Shown here one piece after another: positions 1 to 21,005 of a stretch of DNA of 64,000 bases. The notes beneath the pieces were generated by a model. It ran no database searches. It was given only the letters and a program-made list of their open reading frames with translations, and had not been told where the DNA came from. A program made the position numbers and the translations under genes. Each line of letters opens with the position of its first letter. Position 1 is the first letter of the stretch. This stretch comes from Vicugna vicugna (lineage: Eukaryota), in assembly GCA_013265495.1 (NCBI GenBank), contig MU057584.1, positions 350,608-414,607 on the forward strand, given 5' to 3'.

Positions 1-1497
1 AGCTCTATTGAATGAACTGGGCACCAGAGACATGAAAATAAACCAGACTAGCCCCTACTCTCAGGGAACTCAAAGTCTGGTAGGGGAGGCAATATGGAAG
101 CAAATGTAATAATAATTAATAATACATGTTTACTGAACGCCATACACGGTGCTGAGTGCTTTACTTATTGTTCATTTTATCCTCGAAACGATTTTGTGAG
201 GCAAGAGCTTTGATTATCCCTATTTTACAGACGCAGATACCAAGGCTGAGAAAGATCAGGTCACGCAGGCTGTTAAGAGACAAACTGGGAATGGAACCCA
301 AATCTTTCCAACACCCAAGCTTCATCCTCTGCATGTTTCAGTCTGAAATGAAGGACTAAGATTTAACCCCCACCTACTAAAATGTCAGGGGTCTGTTTGT
401 CCAAGCAGAGGGGTCTGAGGAGAGGGCACTGCTCAATCCAAAGGAGGTATCACTCTCTGATGGTGGAATTTCAGGCACTGGGTTCAGTGTTTGGCCCAGT
501 TAGGAAGAGACCAACATCCTTGGCTGGAACTGAGAGCCCCCAGGCTCCTTGGCTCTCCCCACCCAAGCTCTGCCCACCAGGGGTCACTGCCCACCATTAC
601 CGACTTCCCATGGGTCCACAGGCACCTCTGATTCTCAGGGCTGTGGCTCCTTGTTTGACAAATGAGGAAGTGGCTGCTTGGGGGAAGGAAGTGTGTTGGG
701 CCGTGACCAAGAGGGATTATGATTCATGGGGAAAACCCTTCTCTCCCAAACTCAACCGCTCTGTGTGCCAAAGGGCATTGCTCTCTGAAAGGGTCCGGCC
801 GGGATCAGATGGCGTGGGTAGCCTGGTCTCAGAAGTATCACCCTCCATACCTTTGATGGGGGTGCAGACTTGTTCCCATACCTGGGGGTGGGGGGATGAG
901 TCAAGACCAAGGTATTTTTATCTGCTGGACACCCTGGGGTTCCGTGGAAGAATTTAGTTGAGGAAATTGTTCCACTGATGGAACAAACATTTCAAAATAT
1001 GGAATCGTTTTTGTATCTCAACACAAGGAAACTCTTGAGGGTGATGAAAGTGTCCTAAAACAAGATTTGGGGGATGGATGCACAACGTGAATTTTATGGG
1101 ATGGAAATGATGCCCCCAGTGAAGCTGGTAAAGACAGTCTAATATTTAGGAGATGATGGGAAATTTGGACACTGACTGGATATTTGAAGATACTAAAAAG
1201 GTCTTCATTATTCATTTTAACTTTTTAGGTGAAATAATGACACTGTGAGTATGTTTGTTTGTTTCTTTTTAGCAAGTCCTTATCTTTTAGAGATACAGGC
1301 TGAAGTATCTATGAATAAAATGATCCCATGGCTGGAATTTGCTTTCAAATAAAATGGGAAAGGGTTTTGGGTAGGGGAAAGGAGACAAGATTGACCCAAG
1401 GTGGGAGACGGCTGTAGGGGAAGGATGTTGTTCTGCCCTTCGTTTTTGAGGAGTCTATAAAACTTGGAAGTTTTCCAGAATTAAAAAAGTTTTTAGA

Positions 1498-1660
1498 GGG
1501 GGAGGGTACAGCTCAGTGGCAGAGCACATGCCTAGCATGCACGAGGTCCTGGGTTCAGTCCCCAGTGCCTCCATTAAAAATAAATAAATCCTTTTAAAAA
1601 ACTAATTACCCCCCAAAAAATAATTAATTAATTAAAGAAAATAGAAAATAAATATTTTTT
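1498..1660 (+). mobile_element. tRNA-derived SINE (Vic-1 type)
   Basis: GGGGAGGGTACAGCTCAGTGGCAGAGCACATG...GAGGTCCTGGGTTCAGTCCCCAG head (A/B boxes) with AT-rich tail. Confidence 0.85.
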
Positions 1661-1949
1661 AAATTGTTTTTGACCATAAGTCTAAATACAAGTCCAACTC
1701 CTTCCCACATTACAGATGGGAGACATGAGGCCCAGAGAGGAAGGACACCTAGCTGGGTTCCCTTTTCCCAGGTCCTCATATCTCTTATGGGGTCCCCAAA
1801 GAACCCTGGCACCCTCTCTGCTCCCCTTCACCTCCCTAACTCTGCCTTTCACTTCCTGCCTTGAACTGCCTTCCAGAAAAGCCCAGCCCCTCACACATAC
1901 CAACCCAGACCCCTGCAGCCCCTCACCCCACACTTAGAGTCTTCCCTTC

Positions 1950-2525
1950 TGCCTCTCATTGGCTCTCTTACCCCAAGCTGGGACTTACCATCACCCGACT
2001 CATCTTTAACCTGCCGTCTGGTGTACAAAGGTCCCTTTTCTGGGTCCCCTGCTCTTTGTATAACCACCTCCTCCCATGATCCCCCTCCCTCACACAGCTC
2101 TAGCCACACCAACCTCCTCCCTGTCCTCACACTCATCCAGGACCCTCCTGCCTCAGGGCCTTTGCACTTGCTGAGACCTGCCAAAAACTCTCTTCCCCTA
2201 GATAGTCACAGTCCCCCGGGTCACCTCCTTCAGGTCTCTGCTCAAACATCTCCTTCAGGTCTCTGCTCAAACATCACCTCGTCAGAAAGGCCCTCTCCAC
2301 CCTCCCTACCAAAAGAGCTGCCCCTGCCACTCCCCAACCTCTCCCCCAATTGAATATTTTTATAGCACTTATCTCCACCCAACAAGATACGCTCTATCAG
2401 TCTTTTAATTATTGCACATCTCCCTCCAATAGGATTTAGTCCCACAAGGGAAGTGACGTTGCCTGTATCCCCAGCACAGCCCGGCAGATAGTCAGTGTTC
2501 AATAAATATTTGTTAAATGATTAAA
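1950..2525 (+). mobile_element. L2 LINE 3' fragment
   Basis: CCTCAGGGCCTTTGCACTTGCT and TCAATAAATATTTGTTAAATGA hallmarks. Confidence 0.7.
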
Positions 2526-3395
2526 AGACTTGGAAAACCCCGGGTGAAGGAGGGGAGAGGGGGCAAGGGGTTGGGGAGGAACAGGTACCCAGACAAAGGG
2601 AACAGCCTACTCAAAGGTCTGAGGCTTGACCTCCAACCCACTGTCCCCTTCTGCAGGGTAGCCCCGGTGTTCTTTTGACGGTGAGGAATCAAGTGGGGGA
2701 CGTGGGATAGAACAGCCTCCCCCCAATGCCCCCGCCCCCGCCCCCGCCAGGACCAAGCCCAGAGTTGCCAGGCGGGCACAGGAAGCCACACCCTGAAGTC
2801 AGATCCATGAGTAAATATTGCAGCACCTCAGCCTCGCCCTGGACAGATAAGGGGACAAGAAAAGGGGGGCCGGGAGGTCAGAAGCCTGCTTCAGCCAAGC
2901 TAAGTGTGCAGCTCTAGCCAACCTCTCAGCTTCTAGGGCTCTGCCCAGGGGGACAGGACAAGGGTCCTGCCACGGGAGACCCGACCACTCATTCCATCTC
3001 ACGAATATCGATGACGTCAGTGATGGGCGGGGTCTCAGCGGGGAGACAGAAGGAGGCCCAAATGGCCTCTGGCTCCCTAGGGAACAAACAATGAGGCTGG
3101 TGAGATAAGAGAGCCGGGGTAGGGGGAGAGAGTTGACAAAACAAGGTCAGAGAACCTTGTCCCCAACTGGCTGTGCAGAGTTCAAGACCTACCCATTCCA
3201 ACCTCCTGAGGCTGCGGCCCTGAGTCTCGGTTTCCTTATCTGCAAAATGGGTTCTCAGGGAGGGAGGGTGGTCCCGGATGAGATAACAAGAAAAGCCCAC
3301 AGTGTCAAGTGAATAGTGTATCGTTAGTAAAATGTGTCAACAATCCGACAGCTTCGCCCCTCCCTGGTCCAGCCATAACCACCCTCTGCCTGATC

Positions 3396-4485
3396 CAGGG
3401 CCACCCAATAGACATGATGCAAGCCACATATACACCTTAAAATGTTCCAGTATCACATGAAGAAAAGTAAAAAGAAATAGATGAAGGGGGAAGGTAATAG
3501 CTCAGTGGTAGAGCGCATGCTTAGCACGCACGTGGTCCTGGGTTCCATCCCAGTACCTGCAGTTAAAACAGAAAAGAAACAGGTGAAATGAATTTATTTT
3601 ACCCAGCGTAGGCAAAATGTTATCTTTTTAACATGGACTCAGTATAAAAAGTGAATGATCTACTTTACATTCTTTTGGTTTTTTTCGGTCTGCAATAAAT
3701 CTTCAGTATTTAGTGTGTGGGTTTTTTTCTTTTCACCTTCAGATTCTGGGGTTTTTTTTTTCAGTTTTATTAAGAAATCACCGACATACAGCACTGTATA
3801 GGTTTATGGCGTACAGCCTAATGGTTTGATTTACATCTGTTGTGAAATGATTATCACAACAGGGTTAGTTAAATTTATTATCTCATAGAGATACAATAAA
3901 AAGAAAAGAAAAACATTTTAAAATGTATAGATGTTATAAGAGATAAAATTTAATTAATACCTCCACCTCTCCTTCCTTATCCTCTCCCCAAAATTTTATC
4001 ATAATTTTAATTATATCAATAATGAGTATTTGTATGTAAGTTCATTTGTATCAATTTTTAGATTCCATGTATAAGTGATATCATATGATATTTGTCTTTC
4101 TCTCTCTGACTTACTTCACTTAATATGATAATCTCTAGGTCCAGCCATGTTGCTGGAAGTGGCATTATTTCATTCCTTTTGATGGCTGAGTAGTATTCCA
4201 TTGTATATGTAAGGAAACTCAAAACAAAATAAGTGTTTGCATCATTACAACAATGTAAATATTGTTCACTGCAGAACCTGTTAGGATACTGTGATTATGT
4301 GCCCTTTCTTTTCTTAGTTGAAGTGTAATTGATCTACAATATATGTTAGCTCCAGGTGCACAACATAGTGATTCAATATTTGTATATATTACAAAATGAT
4401 CACCACTTTGGTGTATACTCTTCACTCATAGCTCATCTCAGTTCAGATAAGCTAGTGGTAGTGGCTACCAGATTGGACAGCACAG
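3396..4485. mobile_element. MER33-like hAT DNA transposon interrupted by a SINE and L1 fragments
   Basis: Left end CAGGGCCACCCAATAGA...AAGCCACATA and right end AGTGGCTACCAGATTGGACAGCACAG resemble MER33 termini (from memory). L1-like minus-strand text lies at ~3760-4410. Confidence 0.6.
3486..3587 (+). mobile_element. tRNA-derived SINE (Vic-1 type) with target-site duplication, nested in a MER33-like element
   Basis: Same head sequence. Flanking direct repeats AAAAGAAATAGATGAA (3470-3485) and AAAAGAAACAGGTGAA (3572-3587). Confidence 0.85.
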
Positions 4486-4489
4486 ACTA

Positions 4490-5090
4490 TTACAGTCACC
4501 TCCTTGCCTCTCAGCATCTGCCATCACCCCCCCACACAGTCTGTTCCCCACATGCAGCCAGAAGATCCTATTGACACCTAAGTCAACTCCCATCCCTCCT
4601 CTGTTTACATCCATCCCAGGGCTCCCATCTCAGAGTAAAAGCCAAAGTCCTCCTGTGACCCACAAAGCCCTGAATAATTTACCCTATTCCCTCTCTGCCC
4701 TCACTGACTCTGCTCCAGCTACAATGACCTCACACTCACCAAAACACTCCTACCTCAGGGCCTTTGCACTTATGGTTCCCCCTCCCTGGAATGCTTTTCC
4801 CCCAGATTCAGTATGGCAATGTAGCCTCCTAAAACGTCTTCTCTCTGCCCTTTATAAGCCAGTGCCCCAGACACCTCCAACCCTGCTTTCTTTTTCTCCA
4901 CAGCATTATCTCCACCTGATATAATATTGTACCTGTTTGTATTTGTCAGTTGACTATCTCCCCAGACAAAAAAGTCAGCTCTCTGGGGCAAGGGCTTTTG
5001 TCTTTCCTGTATGGGGCTGTAACCTGGAGCCTAGCACAGTGCCTGGTACGTAATAGATGCTCAATAAACGGTTGTTGAAAAGTTAATGAA
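4490..5090 (+). mobile_element. L2 LINE 3' fragment
   Basis: CTCAGGGCCTTTGCACTT...CCTAGCACAGTGCCTGG...CTCAATAAACGGTTGTTGAA. Confidence 0.7.
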
Positions 5091-8000
5091 CAATGGAACC
5101 ATGTACCCAGTTCCCACTCTGGGACAGGCCCAGCACTGAACTCTCCACCCACCTGCTCTCCCTCACACTTGGAGGAATTCCAAGGAGGTCAGGGTCATGA
5201 TCACCCACCACCTGCTTCCCAGACAAGCAAAGAAAGGGTCCTGCTCAGGACTGCCCATTCTACTTCTGGGCCTGGCACGTAGTAGGTGCTCAAGAAACTT
5301 CAGTGCTCAATTGGACCAAAATTCTGGGCTCATGTCTGGAGGCACCAGAGGCGGGGCCAGAGAGGTAGGGGCTGGGAGCAGATCAGGAAGGGTCGGGTGA
5401 TGCTGGGGGAGGTAGGGAGCCCTGGTGGAGTAGGACAAAAGCCAGGACCTGCCTCAAGACTCTCAGAGCCACAGCCTCTTCTCACTCCTCGGCCAGACGG
5501 CAAGTTATCAGAAACCCAGGCCTCCCTGGAGACTCCTCTCTGTGTCATCCACACCCGGTGTCTGGTTCCACAGACACTCTCTGATCCTCTGCTCTGCACC
5601 CGATCCCATGCTGGGCAGTGCTGGGGACACAGTGGCAACCAAAGCAGCCGTGGTCCTGCCCTCCCACAACTCATAGTCCTGTTGAAGAAACAGACCCACC
5701 CTCTGAGAGTGAGGACCCAGCGTGGTCAGGGCGAGGACTGGGGATCCAGGGCATATCTAACCCTGTCTGAGAGTCCAGGAGGGCTTCCTGGAAGAGGAGG
5801 AATTGTTGAATAGGCAATGAAATAGAGCAGAGGGAAGCAAGGATATGCTAGGTGGAGAGAGGGCAAGTGAGGAAGAATAACTGGAACAGAGAGTTTCCAG
5901 AAGGAAGGGATGTTCCATGAGGCTGGTCAAATGGGCAGGGCCAGGCCATGCACGGCCTGGTGGGCCACCATGAGGAGCTGGGCTTTCTCCTGAGGGCGCC
6001 AAGGAGTCATAGCAGGTTCTGAGTACCAAGATGGGGCCAAACCAAGGCCAGAGATCAGGGAGGAGTTGAGGAGGGGAAGCCAGACAAGGAGCTGTGGGGA
6101 AAGGGGGGTGGAGGGGTGGGAGGACCTGGACCCAGGGACAGAGACAAAGGCACACAAGGAAGAGATATTTAAGAGGCAGGCATGAGAGGGTGTGGTGTGA
6201 GGGGTAGGGGGGGAACTGGATGTCAAGGACGAGACCCAGTCTCTCTGTCCCAGTGACAGGTGGACGGTGGCGCCATCCCTGATAAGAGGACAAGGAGGAG
6301 GAGGAGCAGGTCTGGGGGAAGATGCCGAGGTCAGTTTGGGATGGGGTGAGGGAGAGGTACCCAGGGACATCCGGGGGAGGCATTCTGAATGACACTGGGG
6401 CAAGGTCCCAGGGCTCAGGGGAGAGGGCTGGGCCAGGACAGAGAAGGGTGAGGTGAGGTCACAGGAGGGATGGGGGGAGCAGAAGGAGCCAGGTCACCCA
6501 CAACGCATCTGGCCACCCCCACCCCTCTCACCTAGCACCGCCCCCCATGTCAGAGCCCCGCCCTGCCCCTGCCAGGGCAGCTCAGGACACGGTGCTGGAG
6601 GAGCAAACCAGGACAGGTGAGCTGCAGGTATGGCCCCCTGCCCAGAAGCCGGATGCTGGGGCCTCAGAGAGACCAGGACCCAGAAGCCACCGAGATGTCG
6701 ATAATAACACGTTTGTTAGGAACACCCTTCCTAGATCCCCCGTGGCTCCTGCTCAAGGTCACCTTCCCAGAGACATCCTCCCTCAGCCCCTCCTCTGCCC
6801 CCAATTTCAAAATTACAAGCCCCCTTCTCAGCTTTGTTTTTCTCCTGAGCACTTATCTCCATCAACATGGAATAGATTTTCTGTTTATGTGTTAATCCCA
6901 CAAATGTCAGCACGATGAAGAGAGGGATTTTACCCACCAGCCACTAGAACAGCGCCTGGCAGGCAGTCTCTGCTCATTAAATATTTGTAGCATAAATGAA
7001 TGAGTGATTTATTGCGTTTTTGCTCCGTGTCTGCCATCATCGTAAGTACTTCATACAAGTTCACTCATTTAATCCTTACAACCCCATGAGATGGGTACAA
7101 TCATCACTCCCATTTTACAGATGAGGAAACTGAGGCCTGGCAGGCTCCATAATTTGCCCAGGGTCATGGAGGCCGGGAACAGTGGAAACAGGTCCAGTAA
7201 CAGCAACCACACCTCGTATTTGGGACCCAGACTCTGCCAGGTGCTGGCGGAGTTCCTGATATGTAGCATCTCACTGTTCTCAACAACCAGAATCAGGGCT
7301 ACATCCTCCCTGTTTTTCCATAGTAAACAGAAACTCAGGAAGGGGCTGCCCCTAGCCCCAGTTCTAGTAAGTACAGATCCCAGGTCAACACTGGGCTCTC
7401 TCTGGCACCAATGTCTCCACATACACCCATTTGACAGATAGGCAAAAACGAGGCCTCAAGAGGCGAAGACAGACTGAATTTCTCAGCCCCGTGCAGGAGG
7501 TCAAAATGAAGCAGGGCCCCAAAGAAAGTCTGGAGGCACCCAGCCTCCTTCCCTTCTGTGTAGCTTTGAAAACAGGGCAGGATTCAGACCTCTCCCCCCG
7601 CCTTGCAGGAATTGGTAAGTCAGAGTCCTTTCCTGGTGCCTCAGTTTCCTCATCTGCCACTGGGGGTTCTGACAGTGCCCACATCACAAGGCAGCCACAG
7701 AGATGACACATGAAGGTCACCCTTGGCGTTGGGACTGGGAAACGGGCAATCACTGCTGATGGGTTTTATTGCTCAGTGACCCCCAAGCTCACCAGGGAAG
7801 CCAAGGCCTGGGTCATGGTTAAGAACTGCCCTAAAATCTTCCCTTGCCCCTCCTCCCTCCTCCCTGGCAACCTGGTTCTTCTCCTGGTACCAAATCCGGG
7901 CCCTCGGCACAAAGAAGGTTAGGCAGCGCCCCAGGAGGCCTGACCAGGTCGTGACCCCTGGCCTGTACCTGCCACACCCGCTCTGGTACCCAAACGGGGC

Positions 8001-8173
8001 CCCAGATCCTTGGTGACTCGATCCCTCCAAATTCAGGTGATCTCTCCCCCCAGCTCCAAATCGCCGAACCCTCCCTGATCCGGCGCCAGACGGAGCCAAA
8101 CCCCAATCAGGAAGGGCCTCGGAGCACTGAGCCGCCAACGCCACTATCCCCAGGAGCCGGACTGGGGTGAAAG

Positions 8174-15574
<7,401 letters not shown>

Positions 15575-16879
15575 CATCGTGGCCCTGGAGACCTCCAGAG
15601 AGATGAGCGCTTTGTGCCACCCTCCTCATCTCCTCCCTCTGAGCGAAGGACCTCTTGCTTCCAGCAAGGATGCCGGACTATTCTCCTGTTTCCACCCTAG
15701 AGTTAGAGCCACCAGGGCCCTACTCCTTCACTGAGCTGTCAGAGAGCCACAGAGTTCATAAACGTCCTGGTTAACACACGTATGTGTCAGTCTATCCTTC
15801 CGCCACCACCAACCCTGCCATTTCCTGGTGGCCACACTTGCTGCTCTTCCCACCCAAGATTATTCTCAGTCTGGGTGCATATATCTACAGGGATGCTCAA
15901 ATCCGAGGGCTCCAAGCTCCCACTGCTTGATATCAGGGCCTCAGGCCTTCCCACATCTCCCCAGGTTATATCTGAGGATCCTGCTTCCTAGTAGGGCAAA
16001 GAACGTCCCTCCTCTGGCACCAAACAATGGCCGGACATGCCCTCTCCTACACTGCACCCCGCTCCTTAATCCAGGGCCTGATGCCAAGCTGCTTGTGCAC
16101 AGGACAGGGAATGACCACATTTTTCAAGAAGAGTTCCAGCACCTTCTGGCCTTCATCCATTTAACCAAAGATGCCCTTTTGTGTCCTCCATTGTCCTGGG
16201 ATTTCCCCCCCACCCCTCGTATCTCTCACACATCACCTGCATGGCCCTAAAATATCTCCCTCCTCCTCTAAACACGAAAATCCCCTATGAATAAATGAAT
16301 GCAAATGGGGCAGGGGTAGGGGTGAGGGGTGGAGAACAGGGGAGCAGGAAGCAGAGAGAGTGTGTCTTCTAACTCCTCCCACTAGTAGAGTCTGAGCCTC
16401 AGGCCCCCACCCACTCAAGATGACCCACTGGCGAGAGACTCTTGCTGTTAGAAGTGGCGATAGCAGACTCCAGGCTTGGGGTGGAAAGAGAGGTTTGGGC
16501 AGGGATGGAAAGGACTAGTAGAGAGATTTCTCCAAAACTTTCAGGCCAGAGCATTTCTGGGGATGGCTATGTTGAGCTAAGATGGTGAGTGGTAAAAGAT
16601 ACCCAGAATGAGGATTATAAAATCTGGGTTGGAATCCTACATTTGCTATGGGTTCACTAGACCCTCAATTTGTCCATCAGTAAAAAGGTGTGGACTTAGG
16701 ATAGGCTAGAGTTTTCCAAACCATTTTATTAGCCTCAGAGCCCTTTCTTCAAGTGCAAGCTTACATGGTAGGTCAATATCTTATTTAAAATGCAATGCAA
16801 TAAAAGTAGATAACAGTTCAATAGCTAGAGCCCATTCCCCACCCCAAATTTCTAAACATTTAGTGGGGGAAATCCTTTT

Positions 16880-17028
16880 TAAAAATTTCTTTCTTGTTTG
16901 TTTCTTAATTTGGGGCGAGAGGTAATTAGGTTTGATTATTCATTTATTTAATGGAGGTACTGGGGATTGCACTCAGGACCTTGTGCATGCTAAGCACCTG
17001 CTCTACCACTAAGCTATACCCCTGCCCC
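16880..17028 (-). mobile_element. tRNA-derived SINE (Vic-1 type)
   Basis: Reverse complement of the same head at 16951-17028, with a T-rich tail to the left. Confidence 0.85.
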
Positions 17029-19587
17029 CGGAAACCCTTGAATTTAAATAATACTTGGATTACAGGGACACTTAAAATGCAAAATACTAACCAGAATCAA
17101 ATGACAGTAAAAACATTATATAATGAAACCGTGGGATACGGCCAAAGCCACACTTGGCGGGGGAATGAAAGCCTTAAATACTTAAATGCATTGAGAGTAT
17201 TAAAAAGAAAAGAGCTTGAAAGTGAGCAAAATAAGTTTCTACTCAAGAAATAAGGGGGAAATTCCCCAAAATAAACCAAAGGGGAAAAGGTAAGGAATTA
17301 AGAAAGATAAAAGCAGAAATGGATGAAATAGAATATAAAACATTGAGTGAGCCAATAAAACCTAAAGCTGGTTCTTTGAAAATATCAGTGAATGGACAAA
17401 CTGTTTGCACATGTAACAAGAAACAGCAGAGACTAATATATAAAATTAAAGAGAAACTGTTTTGATTAAAGTGAAGGGTCTGTCCCAGGGTAGATGCTTG
17501 CTCTCTCCCTCTCTCTCTCTCTCTCTTTTTCTCTCTCCTCTCTCAGAGAGAGAGAGAGAAGAGAATGTGGTTAGCTCCCCAGCAACAATTCCCCTCTCCT
17601 CTTTCATGATGGCAGGCACTGCGTCCCATAAAGGCAGCTGAAAATGTCAGGTACTCACTTTCCCAGACTGCTTTATAGCAACAGGTGGCCACGTGACCAG
17701 TTCTGGCTAATGAAGGAAGGAGGGAGCTAAAAGTTCTGTCCACTGACTCTGTCCTACCAAACTGAGCACTAAGAGAGCTCCATGGAGTTTGAAAGCTATT
17801 AGCTAAATCCGTGATCTCCAAGATGAGGTTTCCAGGCAATGGCACAGCTAGAAAGTGAGGATGGATTTGTACCTATACTCTTAACCCCAACAACCCTAAC
17901 CAGCCACAAATGAGAAAAAGCATCGAAGTTCTCGCCACACCTCCAAGTTCACATAAGAGTCAGTGACATACCTATCAGTTAGAATTTTTCTTCAATAGCT
18001 GGTAAGAAAGACTGGAAATAACGTAAGACAAACAGCAAAGAGAAAGGACACTAATATATAAGATAAAAGAGAAACTGGTGTATATATATATATAAGAATA
18101 GCTTACATGGATAGAAGATTATTTCTCTCTCACATAAAAAGTGACCATAAGCAGATTGTTCAGAGCTGAAATGGTGGTTCCACAGTGCCATTAGGGACAC
18201 AGCTCTTTCTATCTTTCTGCTCCATTATTCTTAGCTGGGGACTTCCATTCTCTTGATCACCTCATGGTCCAAGATGGCTGCTGGGGCTGCAGCTGCCTCA
18301 TTTATGTTCCAGGCAGGAAGCAGAAAGAAGGAAACAAAGGGTAAAAATAGCCCCATGCCAGATCATGGGCTGTGCCCTTCTTAAGGAACCCTTCCCCAAA
18401 TCCCAACTACTACAATTTCCACTTACAGCTGATTGGCCAGCTCTTAGTCATGTGACCAGCCTAGCTGCAAGGGCGGCTGGGACATGTAGTCTTTTCCCTG
18501 GGTATATGGCTGCACCAAAGAACATCAGGGTCCTGCTCTCAAAGAAGATGGGAAGGATGGATCCCAGGTGGGCAGCTGGCAGGCTTTGCCATGACAGACC
18601 TTGAATCTCCTACCTACTAAGCTGGACAAAATGACCTTTCTCACCTAAGCCCAAAGAGAAAAAGCTCCAGCCACAGTAGCAAGGATTCGGGAAAGACTTG
18701 GGTTGTGTCCAGCTGGGGTTTGCTTTGTGCAATGCAGAATGAGGCCAGGGGGAGGGGCCACAGGACGGGGGCAGCTCAATTTTCTAGGTCAAGCCAGATC
18801 CCATGTCCTCAGGATGCGGAGGTTCAGATGTCCCCAAGACCAAGTCTCCTATCCCCCTAGGTCTCTCTGGGCTCCTGGACTGAATCATCTAGGCAGTCCA
18901 GTCCCCTTCTTTAAGAGTCCAAGAAAGAGTAACAAGAAACGAACATTTTTTTAAGAAAAAGGAAAAAAAGAGTAACACAATCATACAATAATCATGGCTC
19001 CTCTATCCCGAGCATCAGTTTTGTCCTTTTGTGTGCTCTATCTCAATGAATCCCTACAACAGCCCTTCTGAGTGGTTACTGGCAGCTCTTCCATTTTACA
19101 GGTGAGGAAACTGAGGCACAGAGAGCCAAAAACCTCGCTCCAGGTCCCATGGTCCCCACGGCTGCCGGGTGGACACGCCAGCTGACGAGTCCCCTTCACT
19201 CCTCAGCAGGGCTGCAGGGCAAGGGCGCAGCCTCGGAGCCCGACACAGCTGAGCTGGCCGCCTTCGCTGTGGGCCTCCAGGCAGCCTGGCTCTCCTCCCC
19301 CACAAAACAGGCATAATGACAGTGCCTGCCTCCTTCTGCTATGGTGAGCCCAGCTAACAGATACTCCAGAAGCCAGTAGGACGGAAGTATTAAGAAGTGG
19401 AACTTCTAGTAGATTTAGAGGACGAATTCCCGTTGGAGGCCAGCACCTGCCTAATTCAGGTGTGGGAGGAAGGCCTGAGCGATGAAAAGCTCATAAGAAC
19501 CCGGTAAAAAATAAGACTTCTGATACAATAAAAAGAATTAGGACTAAGAGATTAAATGAGTCCATACAAGGAAAGAATCTAGTTAAT

Positions 19588-19908
19588 ATAAGCACTTTTT
19601 TTTTTTGGTTCTTTCTTTGTTTTCATTGGGGTTTTTTGGGAGGAAGTAATTAGGTTTATTTATTATAAAAATATTATATTTTAATAATATATAATATTAT
19701 AAATATTTTATAAATAAACCTATTAAATGTATTTAAAATATATTACATGTTATTTATGTACAGAAGTATTTTTTGTTTGTTGTTTTGGGGAGTAGTGAGG
19801 TTAAACTTTTTTTAATGGCAGGACTGGGGATTAGAACCCAGGACCTCATAGTATGCTAAGCATGCGCTCTACCACTGAGCTATACCCTCCCCACCATAAG
19901 CGCTTTTT
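19588..19908 (-). mobile_element. tRNA-derived SINE (Vic-1 type) with long AT-rich tail and TSD
   Basis: Head at 19815-19895. TSD ATAAGCACTTTTT (19588-19600) and ATAAGCGCTTTTT (19896-19908). Confidence 0.85.
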
Positions 19909-20849
19909 AACCATGAAGATGTTAGGTTTGAGCAACAGGCAGCTGAAAAAGCCCCAAATCATCGTTTTTCCATAATGCCTTCTTCCTTGGGGACTTAATC
20001 CTGTGGCACAGGTTTCCCTCATTTTATGTAATACAGGCTGTTCTTGAAAATCGTCATCACCTGAAAACAGCCTATAAGAAACCTAGTCCACGTGTATGAG
20101 CTTTCCAGATCCCGACGCTGATCATCACAGGTGCCCGCGCCACGTGCACTCAGCACTGATTCCCTAGCCTGCTCCTCAGGCCTCCCTTTGAAATGGGGCC
20201 ACATCTCCGCAGTCTCCTAGCTGTTTATTAAAAATATACCTCCCAGGTTCCTGCCTGGGCCCAGGGAAACTGTGTCTTCAGAGAAAGGAAGCTGGAAGCT
20301 GAATTATTTAAAAATAAAGAGCCTGGGTGATTTTTGTCAGCTGAGACATTAGGGGACACAGATGCAGGGACTGTTTGACAAATAAAAGGAAAGTGAGGCA
20401 CAAAGAGTAGGAGGCAACTTGCCCAAAGTCAGCCAGCCAGGAAGGGGTGGGGCCAGGAATTGGCCCAGGATCACAGGGCAGGTTTGCAGACTGAAGATTG
20501 AGACTGGGGCCCTCTTCTGCCCCAAGGAGTTGATAACGGCTCCCCACGTCCCCCCACAAAGCCCGGAGGGTGCTTGGGGTCCTCTTGGGCCCTCAGATTC
20601 TTCTAGCCATGGGTGGGAGCCAGGCCAGACCTCCAGCACTGCCTCTGCCCCTCTCCCCATCCCCATTCATCCCCTCCTCACCCAAAATGCCTTTTCCCAA
20701 GTAAACTTTCTGCAGTGGGGAGGGCAGTTTCGGGGCAGGAATGACCTTGAGGCCAAAACACACAATAGCGCAGTCAGTCTCTGGAGCCCTGCCAGGGTGA
20801 GGAAGGAAGCCTGCCCTGTTTTTCTCCCTGGGCCAGAATGTTGATTCAG

Positions 20850-21005
20850 GATAGAAAGGAGGGTGAGAGAGAGGGAGGAGGAAGGAGAAAGAGGAGGGAG
20901 AGGGGAAGAAGGGATGAGGATGGAATAGGGAGGAGGTGAGGGAGGAGGAGGATGAAAGGGGAAGAAGGAGGTGGGTGAGAAGCAGGGAGGGGAGGAGGGA
21001 AGATG
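20850..21005 (+). repeat. Polypurine (GGA/GA-rich) low-complexity tract
   Basis: About 150 nt almost entirely A/G. Confidence 0.85.

Noticed and set aside
382..957. 191-aa ORF near the window start (possible neighbouring CEACAM gene)
   Set aside because: No Ig-domain, TM or other recognisable motif, and no supported splice structure.
6160..6622. Possible CEACAM16 non-coding exon 1 (TATTTAA at ~6166, donor CAG|GTGAGC at 6616/6617)
   Set aside because: Plausible but not distinguishable from chance or L2-derived sequence without transcript data.
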